Part shown: in pieces, positions 37,904 to 48,417 of the stretch
How the letters are laid out: the number at the start of each line of letters is the position of its first letter
How positions within the stretch are numbered: the stretch's first letter is position 1
Source of the DNA: an uncultured Verrucomicrobia subdivision 3 bacterium
GTDB lineage: Bacteria; Verrucomicrobiota; Verrucomicrobiia; Limisphaerales; UBA11358
DNA length: 64,000 nt
Assembly: GCA_903872345.1 (NCBI GenBank)
Contig: CAIQKM010000157.1
Span: 10,755 to 74,754 of the forward strand
Direction of reading: 5' to 3'
The notes under the pieces: generated by a model
What the model was told of the DNA's origin: nothing
The model's input: the letters and a program-made list of their open reading frames with translations, nothing else
Databases searched by the model: none
Translations under genes and position numbers: made by a program

Positions 37904-38020
37904 GGCCGGTGACGGCGCGGTTGTCGGGGGTAACCTCCCTGTCGCCTTATCAGGTGACAAGACGGATTGTCCGCTCTGGGATAGGTTGTCATCATCAACC
38001 ACATTCCACATAACCGACTC

Positions 38021-38773
38021 ATGTTTTATCCGGTGAAGCCCATGCGTGTTTCTGCAACCTCGGCCCGGCGGGCGGCCTTTACCCTGATCGAATTGCTGGT
38101 GGTCATCGCTATCATTGCCATTCTGGCGGCGATGCTGCTGCCGGCCCTGGCCCGGGCCAAACGCGCGGCCAACCGCAGCGCCTGCGTTTCCAATCTGCGC
38201 CAGGATGGCCTGGCCATCAAAATGTTCGCGGATGACAACGATGACTTGCTGCCGCCCGGCCCCGATGGCGCCAACGCCAATCCGCCGTTTGGCCTCAGCG
38301 GCGGACCGAATCCGATCTACACTTCGGTCGCCAGCCAGAACAAGCAGTTGGGCACCTATATCGGCCGTTACCTGGGGCTGGCGGATCCGCTGCCGGGAAT
38401 GACCAACCAGGTAAAAACGTTGATCTGTCCCGGCGCGCAGTTTCCCTCGGCCATCAACATCCTGACCAATGTCTATTACGTGGTCTCGCAGGGCGGCGTC
38501 AATGCCGGCAACGGCCAGTTGCCCAAGAGCGGCTGGTGGCCGTTTGGCGACTCCGCCGGCGGCGTTGGCTATGGCCCGCATAAAATTGGCGACATTGCCA
38601 ACGAGGCCCAGTTGCCGGTTTCGGAAGTATGGATGTTGGGGGATGCCGATCAGGTGGCCAATCCCTCCGACCTGTTGCTGGCCCGCATCCCGGCGCATCA
38701 AACCCTCCGTAATTTTGTGTATTTTGACAACCACGTCGGCACCCGGAAAGTCGGTGTGGCCGGCACCTGGTGA
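38021..38773 (+). CDS. Prepilin-type N-terminal cleavage/methylation domain protein, H-X9-DG-family variant (H-X9-DN)
   Basis: The N-terminus is [28 protein letters not shown]. The C-terminal [14 protein letters not shown] has the H-X9 spacing but DN in place of DG. Confidence 0.88.
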   Translation: MFYPVKPMRVSATSARRAAFTLIELLVVIAIIAILAAMLLPALARAKRAANRSACVSNLRQDGLAIKMFADDNDDLLPPGPDGANANPPFGLSGGPNPIYTSVASQNKQLGTYIGRYLGLADPLPGMTNQVKTLICPGAQFPSAINILTNVYYVVSQGGVNAGNGQLPKSGWWPFGDSAGGVGYGPHKIGDIANEAQLPVSEVWMLGDADQVANPSDLLLARIPAHQTLRNFVYFDNHVGTRKVGVAGTW

Positions 38774-38826
38774 TGATTTTTTCAACATTTCCTCAGTTCA
38801 ATCCGCAATTCAACCCACAACCCATT

Positions 38827-40785
38827 ATGAAATTACTACTCGCAAACTGGCCGCTGCAACCCCGTCGCGCCGCCACCCTCCTGATCCTTGGCGCGGCCCT
38901 GTGGCACCCGGCGTCCGCTTGGGCGAACACCGCCGAAACCCAAATGGTCGGCGATGCCACCGGCACGTCGTCGCTGATTGGCACCACGAACTGGACGCCG
39001 GCAACCACCGTGGCTCCCACGAACCTCCTGGCCGCCACGTATGATTATGCGACCACCACGACATTGCGCACGCCGGCAGCCACCAACAGCTACACGCTTT
39101 ATGCCAATTCGCTGACGCTCAACACCGGCGGCGCTCTGGGATTCAAGGGCAGCAATGTGGTGACGATTCCCAATCTTATTCTCAATGGCGGGAGCATTCA
39201 GCAATCCGGCACCGCCGGGATTCCGGACATTGCGCGGCTGGCCGGGAGCATCAATCTCACGGCCAGTTCCACGATCAAACTGGGGGCCGGGGCCGGCACC
39301 AATGCCTTGGACATCATGGCGGTGATCACGAATTCGTCCGCTGTCAGCGCCAATCTGACGGTGAATACCGCCGGCATGCTGATCCTGTCCGCGCCAAACA
39401 CCTTCAACGGCAATATCAGCGTGGCCAATAACACCACCACCAATGTCGTGTTGCAATTGGGCATCAACAACGCCCTGCCGGCCACGGCCGGGTTGACGCT
39501 GAACGGCGGCTCCTCCGGCTATGGCCCGATGCTGGATTTGAACGGCTACAGCACCACCATCAGCAATCTGACGTTTTCGTCCGGGGCCGTTCCCGGCATC
39601 GTGACCAATACCGCACCGGGCACCACGTCCACGTTGGCCCTGGGCTACAACAATGCGAACGAAACGCTGACGACCGGGGTCATCGCGGATAATCCGGCAA
39701 CGGCCGGAACCATTTCGCTGACGAAAGTGGGCAATGGGACGTTGACCCTGGGCTTTGCCTATCCGTACAGCGGCGATACCACGGTCAGTGCAGGCACGCT
39801 CAAAATGGGGGCGAGCAGTGTATTGCCCAATGGCGCGGGCAAAGGCAACCTGACCGTCAACGGCACGCTGGACATGGCCGGCCGCGGCGAGACCGTCAAC
39901 GGATTCTCGGGCACCGGCACGGTGGATAATTCCGGCGGCCTGGTGGGCACGGATTATACTTTGAATGTGGGCAACAATGATGCCTCCAGCACGTTTGGCG
40001 GCGTGATTCAAAACACGCTGGGCGCCGGCAACACCGCCCTGGGTAAACGGGGTCTTGGCACCCTGACGTTGACGGGGAACAGCACCTATACCGGCGCCAC
40101 CACCATTCTGGGCGGGACGCTGGCGGTGAATGGCACGCTGGCGGAGAGCGCCGTGACGGTCTCGGTGAACGGCACGCTGGCCGGCAGCGGCATTCTGGGC
40201 AGCAATGTCACCGTCAATGGCACCATCGCCCCGGGCTCAACCAATCTGATTGGCGGATTGACCTGCTCCAACGGTGTCACCCTGGCCGGCACAACCTGGT
40301 TAAAACTGAACCGCACCGGTTCGCCGGCCAAGGCGGATTCCATTGCCGCCGCCACCCTGACGCTGGGGGGCACGCTGACGGTGACCAACATCGGCGGCAC
40401 CTTGCAGGCCGGCGACACGTTTACCGTCTTCAATTCGCCGGGCTTGAGCGGCATGTTCAGTGTCACCAATCTGCCGCCGCTGGCGAGCGGGCTGGCCTGG
40501 GATGACACCACGACCGTGGATGGCAAATTGACCGTAGTTTCCACGGGCCCTCTGCCGCAGCCGGTCATCAACAGCGTGAGTCTGTCCGGTTCAAGTTTGA
40601 TTTTCAGCGGTACCAATGGAACCGCCGGGCAGTCTTACACCGTGCTGAGTAGCACCAATCTGACGGTGGCGTTGACCAACTGGATTCCGGTGGTGACCAA
40701 TACGTTTGGGGCCGGGAGCTTCAGCATTACCAACACGGTGGTTCCGGGAGCGCCGCAGAAATTTTATATTATGCGCATTCCTTGA
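38827..40785 (+). CDS. Secreted PATR beta-strand repeat protein with FYR-type C-terminal module
   Basis: The ATG at 38827 gives MKLLLANWPLQPRRAATLLILGAALWHPASAWA. PATR units include LTKVGNGTLTLGFAYPYSGDTTVSAGTLKMG and LGKRGLGTLTLTGNSTYTGATTILGGTLAVNG. The tail is VPGAPQKFYIMRIP. Confidence 0.88.
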   Translation: MKLLLANWPLQPRRAATLLILGAALWHPASAWANTAETQMVGDATGTSSLIGTTNWTPATTVAPTNLLAATYDYATTTTLRTPAATNSYTLYANSLTLNTGGALGFKGSNVVTIPNLILNGGSIQQSGTAGIPDIARLAGSINLTASSTIKLGAGAGTNALDIMAVITNSSAVSANLTVNTAGMLILSAPNTFNGNISVANNTTTNVVLQLGINNALPATAGLTLNGGSSGYGPMLDLNGYSTTISNLTFSSGAVPGIVTNTAPGTTSTLALGYNNANETLTTGVIADNPATAGTISLTKVGNGTLTLGFAYPYSGDTTVSAGTLKMGASSVLPNGAGKGNLTVNGTLDMAGRGETVNGFSGTGTVDNSGGLVGTDYTLNVGNNDASSTFGGVIQNTLGAGNTALGKRGLGTLTLTGNSTYTGATTILGGTLAVNGTLAESAVTVSVNGTLAGSGILGSNVTVNGTIAPGSTNLIGGLTCSNGVTLAGTTWLKLNRTGSPAKADSIAAATLTLGGTLTVTNIGGTLQAGDTFTVFNSPGLSGMFSVTNLPPLASGLAWDDTTTVDGKLTVVSTGPLPQPVINSVSLSGSSLIFSGTNGTAGQSYTVLSSTNLTVALTNWIPVVTNTFGAGSFSITNTVVPGAPQKFYIMRIP

Positions 40786-40896
40786 AACCGAAACCCTGAG
40801 GTTTGATATGAGTTTGAAAAGCTGCTGACAATGTCCACCGGCAAGATCGGGCAAACGCCCGGCCAGGACGCCGGTGGACTATTTGACACCATATTG

Positions 40897-43800
40897 ATGA
40901 ATTATTCGGCCCAGCGAGCCCTGCGCCAGTGGCGGTTGAATGTCCTGGTGCTGGCGCTCGGGGCCGGCCTGCCGGGCGGATCCGTGCGGGCGGACGACTT
41001 TAATTCGCGGGCGGCGGCATTTTTGAATTACTACGACACCGCCACCCCCAATCTGCCCCAGACCGGCAGCGGCCCGCATCGGATTGGGCGCACCGGTTTC
41101 TGGGCGGCGGAAGGCCGGTTTTTGAACAACGATATTTCCAACGGTTCCAATTTTCTGGCACAGGCCCTCGGCGATGCCGATTCCGAGGGTTCCGACGCCG
41201 GTTTTTCCATGTGGCCCGCGATGGACTGTTATTTGCGGTGGAGCAGTCTCGCGACCGTATTTACGCCGGCGGTGAGCAATCTGTTTCAGACCCAGCTCGT
41301 CGCCAACGGCACGAACTACGGCAGCGGGGCGACTTCGAACCAGCGGATGATGCTGGCGACCGCGCATTATTTGGCCGGGATGGTTTGGGGAACCAATGCA
41401 TTTCCCGCCGGCGCGCCATTTTCGGCGGATTATGGCACGGGAGATCCGAGCGGGCTGGCCTATGTGTCCAATACCATTGTGAACATTCCGTTTTACGGCC
41501 TGCCGGAGCATGATTCGCTGATCTATGAGCAGTTTACACTGGGTCCGATGTACACCCTGGAACAGTTTGCCCCGGACACGGTGCTGCGCCAACAGGCGCG
41601 CGTGGCGTTTGACTGGGCCGTGGCGGAAATGGCCGGATATTATTTTTACGACAACTGGGCAATTGCCTCGGATCGGACGGAACCCTTCTGGGTGCCCAAC
41701 CAGCCGACCCCGACGACAATGATGACCTACCTGTTCTTCGGCGGTCCGGTTCCCGGCACGCTGCTGGAAGCCTATCCCTCGGCACTTTACTGCCTGCCCA
41801 ATTTTCCCGGGGTGCCGCCGGAGGTGGTCATGGCCGCCACCAACCGGACGCAGCCCTACACGCATTACAGCACCGCCATGCGCAACACGGGCGGTTACAA
41901 CAACGCCTATTTCAAAACCGCCTATGTCACGCCCGGTTACGCGGTTTACAGCCAGGCCGAGTGCGGAGTGCAGACGAATGGTGATGGCAGTTATTCCATC
42001 ACCAATTACGGCACGGTCAGCTTGAGCGATCCGCATCAGATGCAGCGCTGGGGCGTGGTTTGGAATGCGCCGGGGGACCAGACCAAGTTCTGGATCACCA
42101 ATCCCTACAACCCGGTATATTCCGGCTCCGCACCCAATACTTACATCGGCACCACCATTGCGGAGCAGACCGTGCAATTGGGCGGCACGGTGGCGGCGGT
42201 TTATAACATTCCGACCAACGCGACCAAGCCGGACTGGAATCATAACGGCGTGGCGATGACGAACTATCAGGTGCTCGAAGGCCAGATCCCGACGAATTAC
42301 TCCGCTGTGATTGACAACGCCGCCGCCGGCGGGCGCGTCTATCTGCATTACACGAATGTCCTGATCGCCTTGTATGTGAGTACGAACTTTACCTGGCAGG
42401 CGGACACCAACGGGACGAATTATTTTCTGATTCCCGCCAACGTTGCCGGGTTGGCGGTGGAGACGGCTGCGCCGGCGGAATATCCGCAGACCACCGCCGC
42501 CTTGCGGTTGGCGGCCTTCCGTAACGATGTGCTGACGCTGGGCGGCGTGAACACCAATTACCTGGCCGGCCCCAACCCGGCGATGATTTACACGGACCGG
42601 CATGGGAATACGCTCCAGATAACCTTCGGGCAGGGCGGCCGGACCAACGGTCGAAGCATTGATTACCAGCAATGGCCGGCCATTGGCAATCCATGGATGA
42701 GCCAGGCGCAATTGGGGAATCTATTTATTTTTGGCACCAACCGGACCCTGATTTATAATTTCAACACTTGGACGGAAGCCACCAACAACCAGCCGGTTTT
42801 GTTGACGAATGCTTCCGTGGCGCTGGCGCAAAACAATGCCGGGACCATTGACCTGGCGGCGCGGGTCAGCGATGCGGAAACCCCGGCCGGCAATCTGCTG
42901 TTCGGGGTCAGCAATCCGTTCAACGGTTCGGTTGCATTGATGGCGGACGGGCATACGGCAAGCTTCACGCCGGCGACGAATTATTCCGGCGCGGCCGGAT
43001 TCAGTTTTACCGCCACCGATGAGGGCACCGATCCTCGCCTGGTGCTCTGCTATAATTTTGCCCCGCCAGGCACACTAACGAGCAACGTGGTCGCCGATGT
43101 TTCCGGCAATGCCCGGTCCGCCCGTCTGGTGACCGTGGGCACGGGCACAGCCGCCTATTCGCCGTCCGTTCCGGCGGCCCTGGCGCCATTCAGCACGCAG
43201 TCGCTGCGGCTCACCCAGTCGGCGAATGGGGCCAATGCCGTGGCGCTGAGTCGGACGATTACCACGGGAAACCTGAGCCTGACGAATGGCAGTTGGACGC
43301 TGGCCGCCTGGTTCCAACGCGCCACGCTGACGAATGATCAGTTCCTTTTTTATGCCGGCAGCGGCGACGGTTTTGGCGGCGCTGGCGATGAATTGCAATT
43401 GTATTGTCCGGCGAACACGAATTCCGTTGCGCTGTCGCATTGGAACACCGGCAACGTCCAGGACCTGGCCCTGGTTTCCGCCGGCACGGCGGGCACGAAC
43501 CAATGGCACCACGTCGCGCTGGTCTGCCAGCACGGGACCAATGGGGCAAACAATGTGAGCCTTTATCTGGATGGATCACCGGCCGGCACGGCCGGCAATA
43601 TTATGTGGTCGCTCAAGCAGAATTATCCGCTGGTCTTTGGCGGACATGCTTCGACCGCGTCCAAGACGTACCGCTGGTTCAATGGTTCGCTTGCTGATCT
43701 GGCGCTGTTCCGCGGCGCCTTGAGCGCGACGGAAATCGCGCAACTGGCCACACGGACGGTGAGCCATTTCGGCGGCTGGACGATCACCAATGCGGTGACG

Positions 43801-44310
43801 GTCAACGTCAGCGCGCCCCCGGTATTGGCCATGATTTCCAACCGCACTGTTGGCGCCGGGGTGACCATGGTCATCACCAATGCGGCCACGGTTTCACCGC
43901 CGCAAACCCTTGCCTTCGGATTGGCGACGGCGCCCGCCAATGCGGTCGTGGACGCCAACACGGGGGTGCTGATGTGGCGGCCGGCGGTGGCGCAGGCGGG
44001 GTCGACCAACCCCTTCAGCGTCACCGTCACCGGCGGAGGTTCGCCCAGTCTGAGCGCGACCCAGAATTTCACGGTGACAGTCGCCAAACTTAATCCGGCC
44101 CGATTGTCCGGGTCGGTGCTGGCCAACCAGCGGCTCAGTTTTCAGGTGAGCGGTGATTCCGGACCTGATTATACGGTCCAAGCTTCCACGAATCTGGCGG
44201 CCTGGAACAATCTTTTCACTACCAATTCACCCGCGCTGCCGTTTAACTGGACGAATGCCGCCGTGCCGGGTGTTTCGCAGCGGTTTTATCGTCTGTTGCT
44301 TGGGCCCTGA
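40897..44310 (+). CDS. Large secreted protein: unknown ~640 aa N-terminal domain + cadherin/Ig-like + LamG + Ig-like + FYR-type C-terminal module
   Basis: The ATG at 40897 gives MNYSAQRALRQWRLNVLVLALGAGLPGGSVRA. The Ig/cadherin-like block is VSDAETPAGNLLFGVSNPFNGSVALMADGHTASFTPATNYSGAAGFSFTATDEG. The LamG block is WHHVALV...LYLDGSPAG...FNGSLADLALFRGALSATEIAQL. A putative Ig domain follows (PPQTLAFGLATAPANAVVDANTGVLMWRP). The tail is GVSQRFYRLLLGP. Confidence 0.85.
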   Translation: MNYSAQRALRQWRLNVLVLALGAGLPGGSVRADDFNSRAAAFLNYYDTATPNLPQTGSGPHRIGRTGFWAAEGRFLNNDISNGSNFLAQALGDADSEGSDAGFSMWPAMDCYLRWSSLATVFTPAVSNLFQTQLVANGTNYGSGATSNQRMMLATAHYLAGMVWGTNAFPAGAPFSADYGTGDPSGLAYVSNTIVNIPFYGLPEHDSLIYEQFTLGPMYTLEQFAPDTVLRQQARVAFDWAVAEMAGYYFYDNWAIASDRTEPFWVPNQPTPTTMMTYLFFGGPVPGTLLEAYPSALYCLPNFPGVPPEVVMAATNRTQPYTHYSTAMRNTGGYNNAYFKTAYVTPGYAVYSQAECGVQTNGDGSYSITNYGTVSLSDPHQMQRWGVVWNAPGDQTKFWITNPYNPVYSGSAPNTYIGTTIAEQTVQLGGTVAAVYNIPTNATKPDWNHNGVAMTNYQVLEGQIPTNYSAVIDNAAAGGRVYLHYTNVLIALYVSTNFTWQADTNGTNYFLIPANVAGLAVETAAPAEYPQTTAALRLAAFRNDVLTLGGVNTNYLAGPNPAMIYTDRHGNTLQITFGQGGRTNGRSIDYQQWPAIGNPWMSQAQLGNLFIFGTNRTLIYNFNTWTEATNNQPVLLTNASVALAQNNAGTIDLAARVSDAETPAGNLLFGVSNPFNGSVALMADGHTASFTPATNYSGAAGFSFTATDEGTDPRLVLCYNFAPPGTLTSNVVADVSGNARSARLVTVGTGTAAYSPSVPAALAPFSTQSLRLTQSANGANAVALSRTITTGNLSLTNGSWTLAAWFQRATLTNDQFLFYAGSGDGFGGAGDELQLYCPANTNSVALSHWNTGNVQDLALVSAGTAGTNQWHHVALVCQHGTNGANNVSLYLDGSPAGTAGNIMWSLKQNYPLVFGGHASTASKTYRWFNGSLADLALFRGALSATEIAQLATRTVSHFGGWTITNAVTVNVSAPPVLAMISNRTVGAGVTMVITNAATVSPPQTLAFGLATAPANAVVDANTGVLMWRPAVAQAGSTNPFSVTVTGGGSPSLSATQNFTVTVAKLNPARLSGSVLANQRLSFQVSGDSGPDYTVQASTNLAAWNNLFTTNSPALPFNWTNAAVPGVSQRFYRLLLGP

Positions 44311-44338
44311 AGGGTGCGGGAACCGGCCATTTGAATTT

Positions 44339-46057
44339 ATGAAGAAATTGTTTTATGCGGGAATGACGGGCTTGCTGCTCGCGGCCGGGACGCTGACGGA
44401 GGCGGGGCCGGCCATGGAACTGCGGGTTGGCAGCGGCGAGACCGTGCTCGAACATTACAAGGATTACGGCTACAACGTCATCATCCTGGGGGATGTGACC
44501 CAACTGGCCGGCTATGATTCGATTTATCCGCATCTCCTGGCCCCCGGGTCCGCGCTGCAAAAACGGATTGAGCAGCACCGGCGGAAATTCAAGACCATGT
44601 CGGAACAGGCGGATTCGCTGGGGCTGGCGGTGTGTCTCATGTCCGATGAAATTTCCCTGCCCACGGTGGTGCTGGAACAGTTGCGCCAGGCCGGCATGGC
44701 CGGGAGCGGACGGCTGGGGATTGATTTTGACAGCGAGATTTTCTGGACGGCGTACCGCGCCAAATATCGCGAGGTGCTGCGCGCCTGGCCGCGCGCGGCG
44801 TATGTGATGATCCGCACGGGCGAAAATTATTCCCACCCGGAGGAGGGGTTCTCCGGGCGGACGGTGGTGGACAAGACCATCGACGACGCCTATTTCAAAA
44901 ACATGCGGCGGCTCATTGAGGAAACCCGCAAGGTGGTGGTGGATGAATTCGGACGCACGCTCATCTGGCGTACGTGGGATTTGGGGAATGACGGTTTTCA
45001 CGCCAATCCGGCGGTCTATGACCGGATTCTGCAAGGGTTGCCCAGCCGCAAGGGCTTGATATTCGCGGTGAAATTCACGCAGACGGATTTCTGGCGCTAC
45101 AACGATTTCAATCCCATGATCGGCCGGGGCGGGGTGGACCAGATCATCGAATTTGAATGCGCGCGCGAGTATGAGGGCAAGGGGGCGTTTCCGGATTACA
45201 TCGGACCCGAACATGCGGAGGCGATGCGCCGCTGCGAGGCCATCGGCGTCAAAGGGGTTTGGGTTTGGGATTCCGGCGGCGGCTGGGGCGGTCCGTTTTT
45301 AAAGTCGGATATGTGGGATCGCCTGAATGTCGAGGCGACGACCCGGCTGGCGCAGAATCCCGATCTGTCCGCGCGGACGCTGGCGGAAGCCTGGGCGGCA
45401 CGCGAGTTCGGTCCGGCGTCGGCAGCCAAGGTGGCGGATATGCTGATGCTCTCGGGGGAGTGCGTGAACAAGTTCATGTATATCGCCCCCTATGCCCGCG
45501 AGCATCACGGCTGGAAGCCCAGTTTGAACCTGATGCGGGATGACATCATTCGCGGCGAGCCGCTGAAGGCGCTGTATGAAGGTTCCAAAAAGGCGCTGCC
45601 GGAGGCGCTCCAGGAAAAGGCGGAGGCCGTGGCCTTGGCCAAACGCATGCGGACCCTCTTTGAAAGCGCCCATGACAGCATTGTTGCGGAACGCGGCCAG
45701 GCGGTTTACGATGATGCCCATGGCAGTCTGGTTTACTTGGAATCCATGACCGAGGTGGTATCGCATTATGTGCGGGGCATGTTCCTGTATTATCACTGGC
45801 AGGAAACCGGAGACGCGACTGAAGCGGGGAAGGCCCGGGTGGAACTGCTGGCTTGGCGGGAGGCGTGGCACGCCTACCAAACCGGCATACCAAAGCTGCC
45901 CGGCGCGGCGTCGCCGTATCGTTCGCAAAATACGCAGGAGGCGGCCTCGGCCAAAGGCGCCATGGCGGATCTGTGCGAGAATGCCTTGAAATCACTGCCA
46001 GCGACGGCGGGCAACCGGGTATTGTCGGCCACCGGCACTGCGGTCAGCCGGCAATGA
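44339..46057 (+). CDS. Secreted hypothetical protein, possibly a TIM-barrel glycoside hydrolase (family unknown)
   Basis: The ATG at 44339 gives the signal MKKLFYAGMTGLLLAAGTLTEAG. The composition is ordinary for a coding region. Its stop overlaps the start of the following GH92 (ATGA at 46054..46057). I recognise no firm family motif. IIEFECAREYEGKG only loosely recalls GH67-type blocks. Confidence 0.72.
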   Translation: MKKLFYAGMTGLLLAAGTLTEAGPAMELRVGSGETVLEHYKDYGYNVIILGDVTQLAGYDSIYPHLLAPGSALQKRIEQHRRKFKTMSEQADSLGLAVCLMSDEISLPTVVLEQLRQAGMAGSGRLGIDFDSEIFWTAYRAKYREVLRAWPRAAYVMIRTGENYSHPEEGFSGRTVVDKTIDDAYFKNMRRLIEETRKVVVDEFGRTLIWRTWDLGNDGFHANPAVYDRILQGLPSRKGLIFAVKFTQTDFWRYNDFNPMIGRGGVDQIIEFECAREYEGKGAFPDYIGPEHAEAMRRCEAIGVKGVWVWDSGGGWGGPFLKSDMWDRLNVEATTRLAQNPDLSARTLAEAWAAREFGPASAAKVADMLMLSGECVNKFMYIAPYAREHHGWKPSLNLMRDDIIRGEPLKALYEGSKKALPEALQEKAEAVALAKRMRTLFESAHDSIVAERGQAVYDDAHGSLVYLESMTEVVSHYVRGMFLYYHWQETGDATEAGKARVELLAWREAWHAYQTGIPKLPGAASPYRSQNTQEAASAKGAMADLCENALKSLPATAGNRVLSATGTAVSRQ

Positions 46058-48417
46058 ATATGGGCAACCACATGAATCATCATTGGCGAAGCTTGTCGGT
46101 CCTTATGCTGCTTGTCTGGGGCCAGGTGTTTGCCCGGGCCGAAGTTGCCCGGACGCCGGCGGACTATGTGAATCCGCTGATCGATACGCACAAGTCGCGC
46201 TGGTTCTTTTTTTCCTCCGCCTGCCGTCCGTTTGGCATGGTCAATCTGAGCCCCGACACCCGCGTGGGCGGCGATTGGCTTTATGGCTATCTCTACGGCG
46301 ACGACCAGATCCAATGCTTCAGCCATGTCCACGGTTGGCAATTGTACGGCGTGCCGGTGATGCCGATGACCGGCGAAATGCATGCCCAGGCAGGGCTGGC
46401 GGCGGCGGCATCCGGCTTTTCGCATGCGGATGAAATCGTTTATCCCGGTTACCACCAGGTGGTGCTCAAGCGTTACGGCATCACGGCCGAGTTGACCGCC
46501 ACCACCCGCGTGGGGTTTCATCGTTACACGTTTCCGGCGGCCCGGGCGGCGCGGATCGCCTTTGATACGAGCGCGACCCTGATGGCGGACATGCAGGCGG
46601 GCGCGGTGCGCCAGACCGGTCCCCAAGAAATTGCCGGATATTCGGTCATGGCGGCCACGCAGCGGCGGCCGAAACCGTTTACGGTCTATTTTGTGGCTCA
46701 ATTCAGCCAGCCGGTAACCTTTGGCGCGTGGCGGGATAAGCGGCTGTTGCCGGCGACCGTGAAGGAGGTTGCCGGCAAAAGTGTCGGCGGGTATGTCAGT
46801 TTTCCCACCACCAACGGCGAACAGATGCTGGTGAAGGTCGCCATCTCGTATGTCAGTGAGGCGAACGCACGGATGAATCTCGCGGCCGAACTGCCCCATT
46901 GGGATTTTGACCGGGTGGTGCGCGAATCGCAGGCGGACTGGAATCAATGGCTTGGACGCCTTGCCGTCGAGGGCGGGACCGAGCCGCAGAAAATCAAGTT
47001 TTACACCGATCTTTGGCATGCGCTGCTGGGCCGGCGGATCGTAAGCGATGTGGATGGCAGTTATTGCGACCTGACCGGGCCGCAGCCGGTGACGCGGCAC
47101 GTTCGGCGGGACGCCCAGGGGCATCCGCTGTTCCCGCATTATAATTTTGATGCGCTGTGGGGCAGCCATTGGTCGCTGAACCTTCTCTGGTCGCTCGCCT
47201 ATCCGGAGGTTATGGACGGCTTTTGCAACACGATGGTGGACATGTATCACGATGGCGGTTTGATTCCGCGGGGGCCTTCCGGCGGAAATTATACGTACGT
47301 GATGATCGGCGATCCGGCCGTGCCGTTTTTTGCGGCGGCTTACAATCAGGGCATCCGCCATTACGATGTCGGCGAAGCTTACGCCGGCTTGCGCAAGAAC
47401 GCGCTGCCCGGCGGTATTCGCGACCATGCCGGCTATGAGTTTGGCACGCCGGCCAGCGGCGGCGGCATGAAATATTATGTGGATCGCGGTTACGTGCCGG
47501 AAGATATCGACGGCAAGGGCATGCACAAGGATGGCGCCGCCATGACGCTGGAATATGCCTATGAAGACTGGTGTCTGGCCCAGCTGGCCAAGCCGCTGGG
47601 CCGGGCGGATGATTATCAATGGCTCCTGCGCCGGGCCGGGAATTATACGAATCTTTGGGATGCGGGCATCAAATCCATGCGGCCGCGCAACGTGGACGGC
47701 TCCTGGCTCGCGGACTTTGCCCCGGTGGGCAAGGCCGGATCGTTTGCCGGCAAGGGATTCTGCGAGGCGGATGCCGCCATTTACACGCATTTCGTGCCGC
47801 AGGATGTGCCGGGCCTGATCCGGCTGTTCGGCGGGAACGAAGCTTACGTTACCGCGCTTAATCACCAGTTTGAGCAGGCCGCGCCGTTGCGCTTTGTGGT
47901 GCAGCACGGTCAGCACGGCGGCGCCTGGGTGGATTACGACAATGAGCCTTCCATGGCCATGGCGCATATGTTCAATTTTGCGGGTGCCCCGTGGCTGACT
48001 CAGAAATGGGTGCGGGAAGTGAAGGCGCAGGCTTACGGCGACATTACGCCGTCCGGCGGTTACAATGGCGACGAGGATCAGGGCCAGTTGGGCGCGTTGG
48101 GAGTGTTGATGGCCATCGGCCTGTTTGATGTGGAAGGCGGCGCGGCCATTCAGCCGACTTACCAAATCACCAGTCCGCTGTTTGACCGCATCACCATACA
48201 ACTGGATGCAAACTACTTTCCGGGAAAACAGTTTGTCATCACCACGCGGAATAATTCCGCAACCAACGTTTACATCCAATCGGCCCGGCTAGATGGTCAG
48301 CCGCTGAACCGTTGGTGGTTTCCGCATGCCGATCTGGTCAACGGCGGTTCGCTGGAAATCGAATTGGGACCGCAACCCAGCCGCTGGGCGGCGGATTCGC
48401 CGCTCCGCCAAGAGTGA
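46054..48417 (+). CDS. GH92 alpha-mannosidase (second copy)
   Basis: The ATG at 46054 gives MNMGNHMNHHWRSLSVLMLLVWGQVFARA. FGMVNLSPDT, CFSHVHGWQ, GFHRYTF, YDNEPSMAMAHMFNFAG and GDEDQGQLGALGVLMAIGLF are collinear with the GH92 at 11919..14204. Confidence 0.88.
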   Translation: MNMGNHMNHHWRSLSVLMLLVWGQVFARAEVARTPADYVNPLIDTHKSRWFFFSSACRPFGMVNLSPDTRVGGDWLYGYLYGDDQIQCFSHVHGWQLYGVPVMPMTGEMHAQAGLAAAASGFSHADEIVYPGYHQVVLKRYGITAELTATTRVGFHRYTFPAARAARIAFDTSATLMADMQAGAVRQTGPQEIAGYSVMAATQRRPKPFTVYFVAQFSQPVTFGAWRDKRLLPATVKEVAGKSVGGYVSFPTTNGEQMLVKVAISYVSEANARMNLAAELPHWDFDRVVRESQADWNQWLGRLAVEGGTEPQKIKFYTDLWHALLGRRIVSDVDGSYCDLTGPQPVTRHVRRDAQGHPLFPHYNFDALWGSHWSLNLLWSLAYPEVMDGFCNTMVDMYHDGGLIPRGPSGGNYTYVMIGDPAVPFFAAAYNQGIRHYDVGEAYAGLRKNALPGGIRDHAGYEFGTPASGGGMKYYVDRGYVPEDIDGKGMHKDGAAMTLEYAYEDWCLAQLAKPLGRADDYQWLLRRAGNYTNLWDAGIKSMRPRNVDGSWLADFAPVGKAGSFAGKGFCEADAAIYTHFVPQDVPGLIRLFGGNEAYVTALNHQFEQAAPLRFVVQHGQHGGAWVDYDNEPSMAMAHMFNFAGAPWLTQKWVREVKAQAYGDITPSGGYNGDEDQGQLGALGVLMAIGLFDVEGGAAIQPTYQITSPLFDRITIQLDANYFPGKQFVITTRNNSATNVYIQSARLDGQPLNRWWFPHADLVNGGSLEIELGPQPSRWAADSPLRQE

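Noticed and set aside
45874-48279. 801-aa minus-strand ORF opposite the second GH92. Also 40879..42711, 51913..53688, 55311..56834, 58268..60043, 61219..62385 and 36219..37253.
   Set aside because: They have an antisense composition and no motifs. Each is fully covered by a confidently recognised gene on the other strand.
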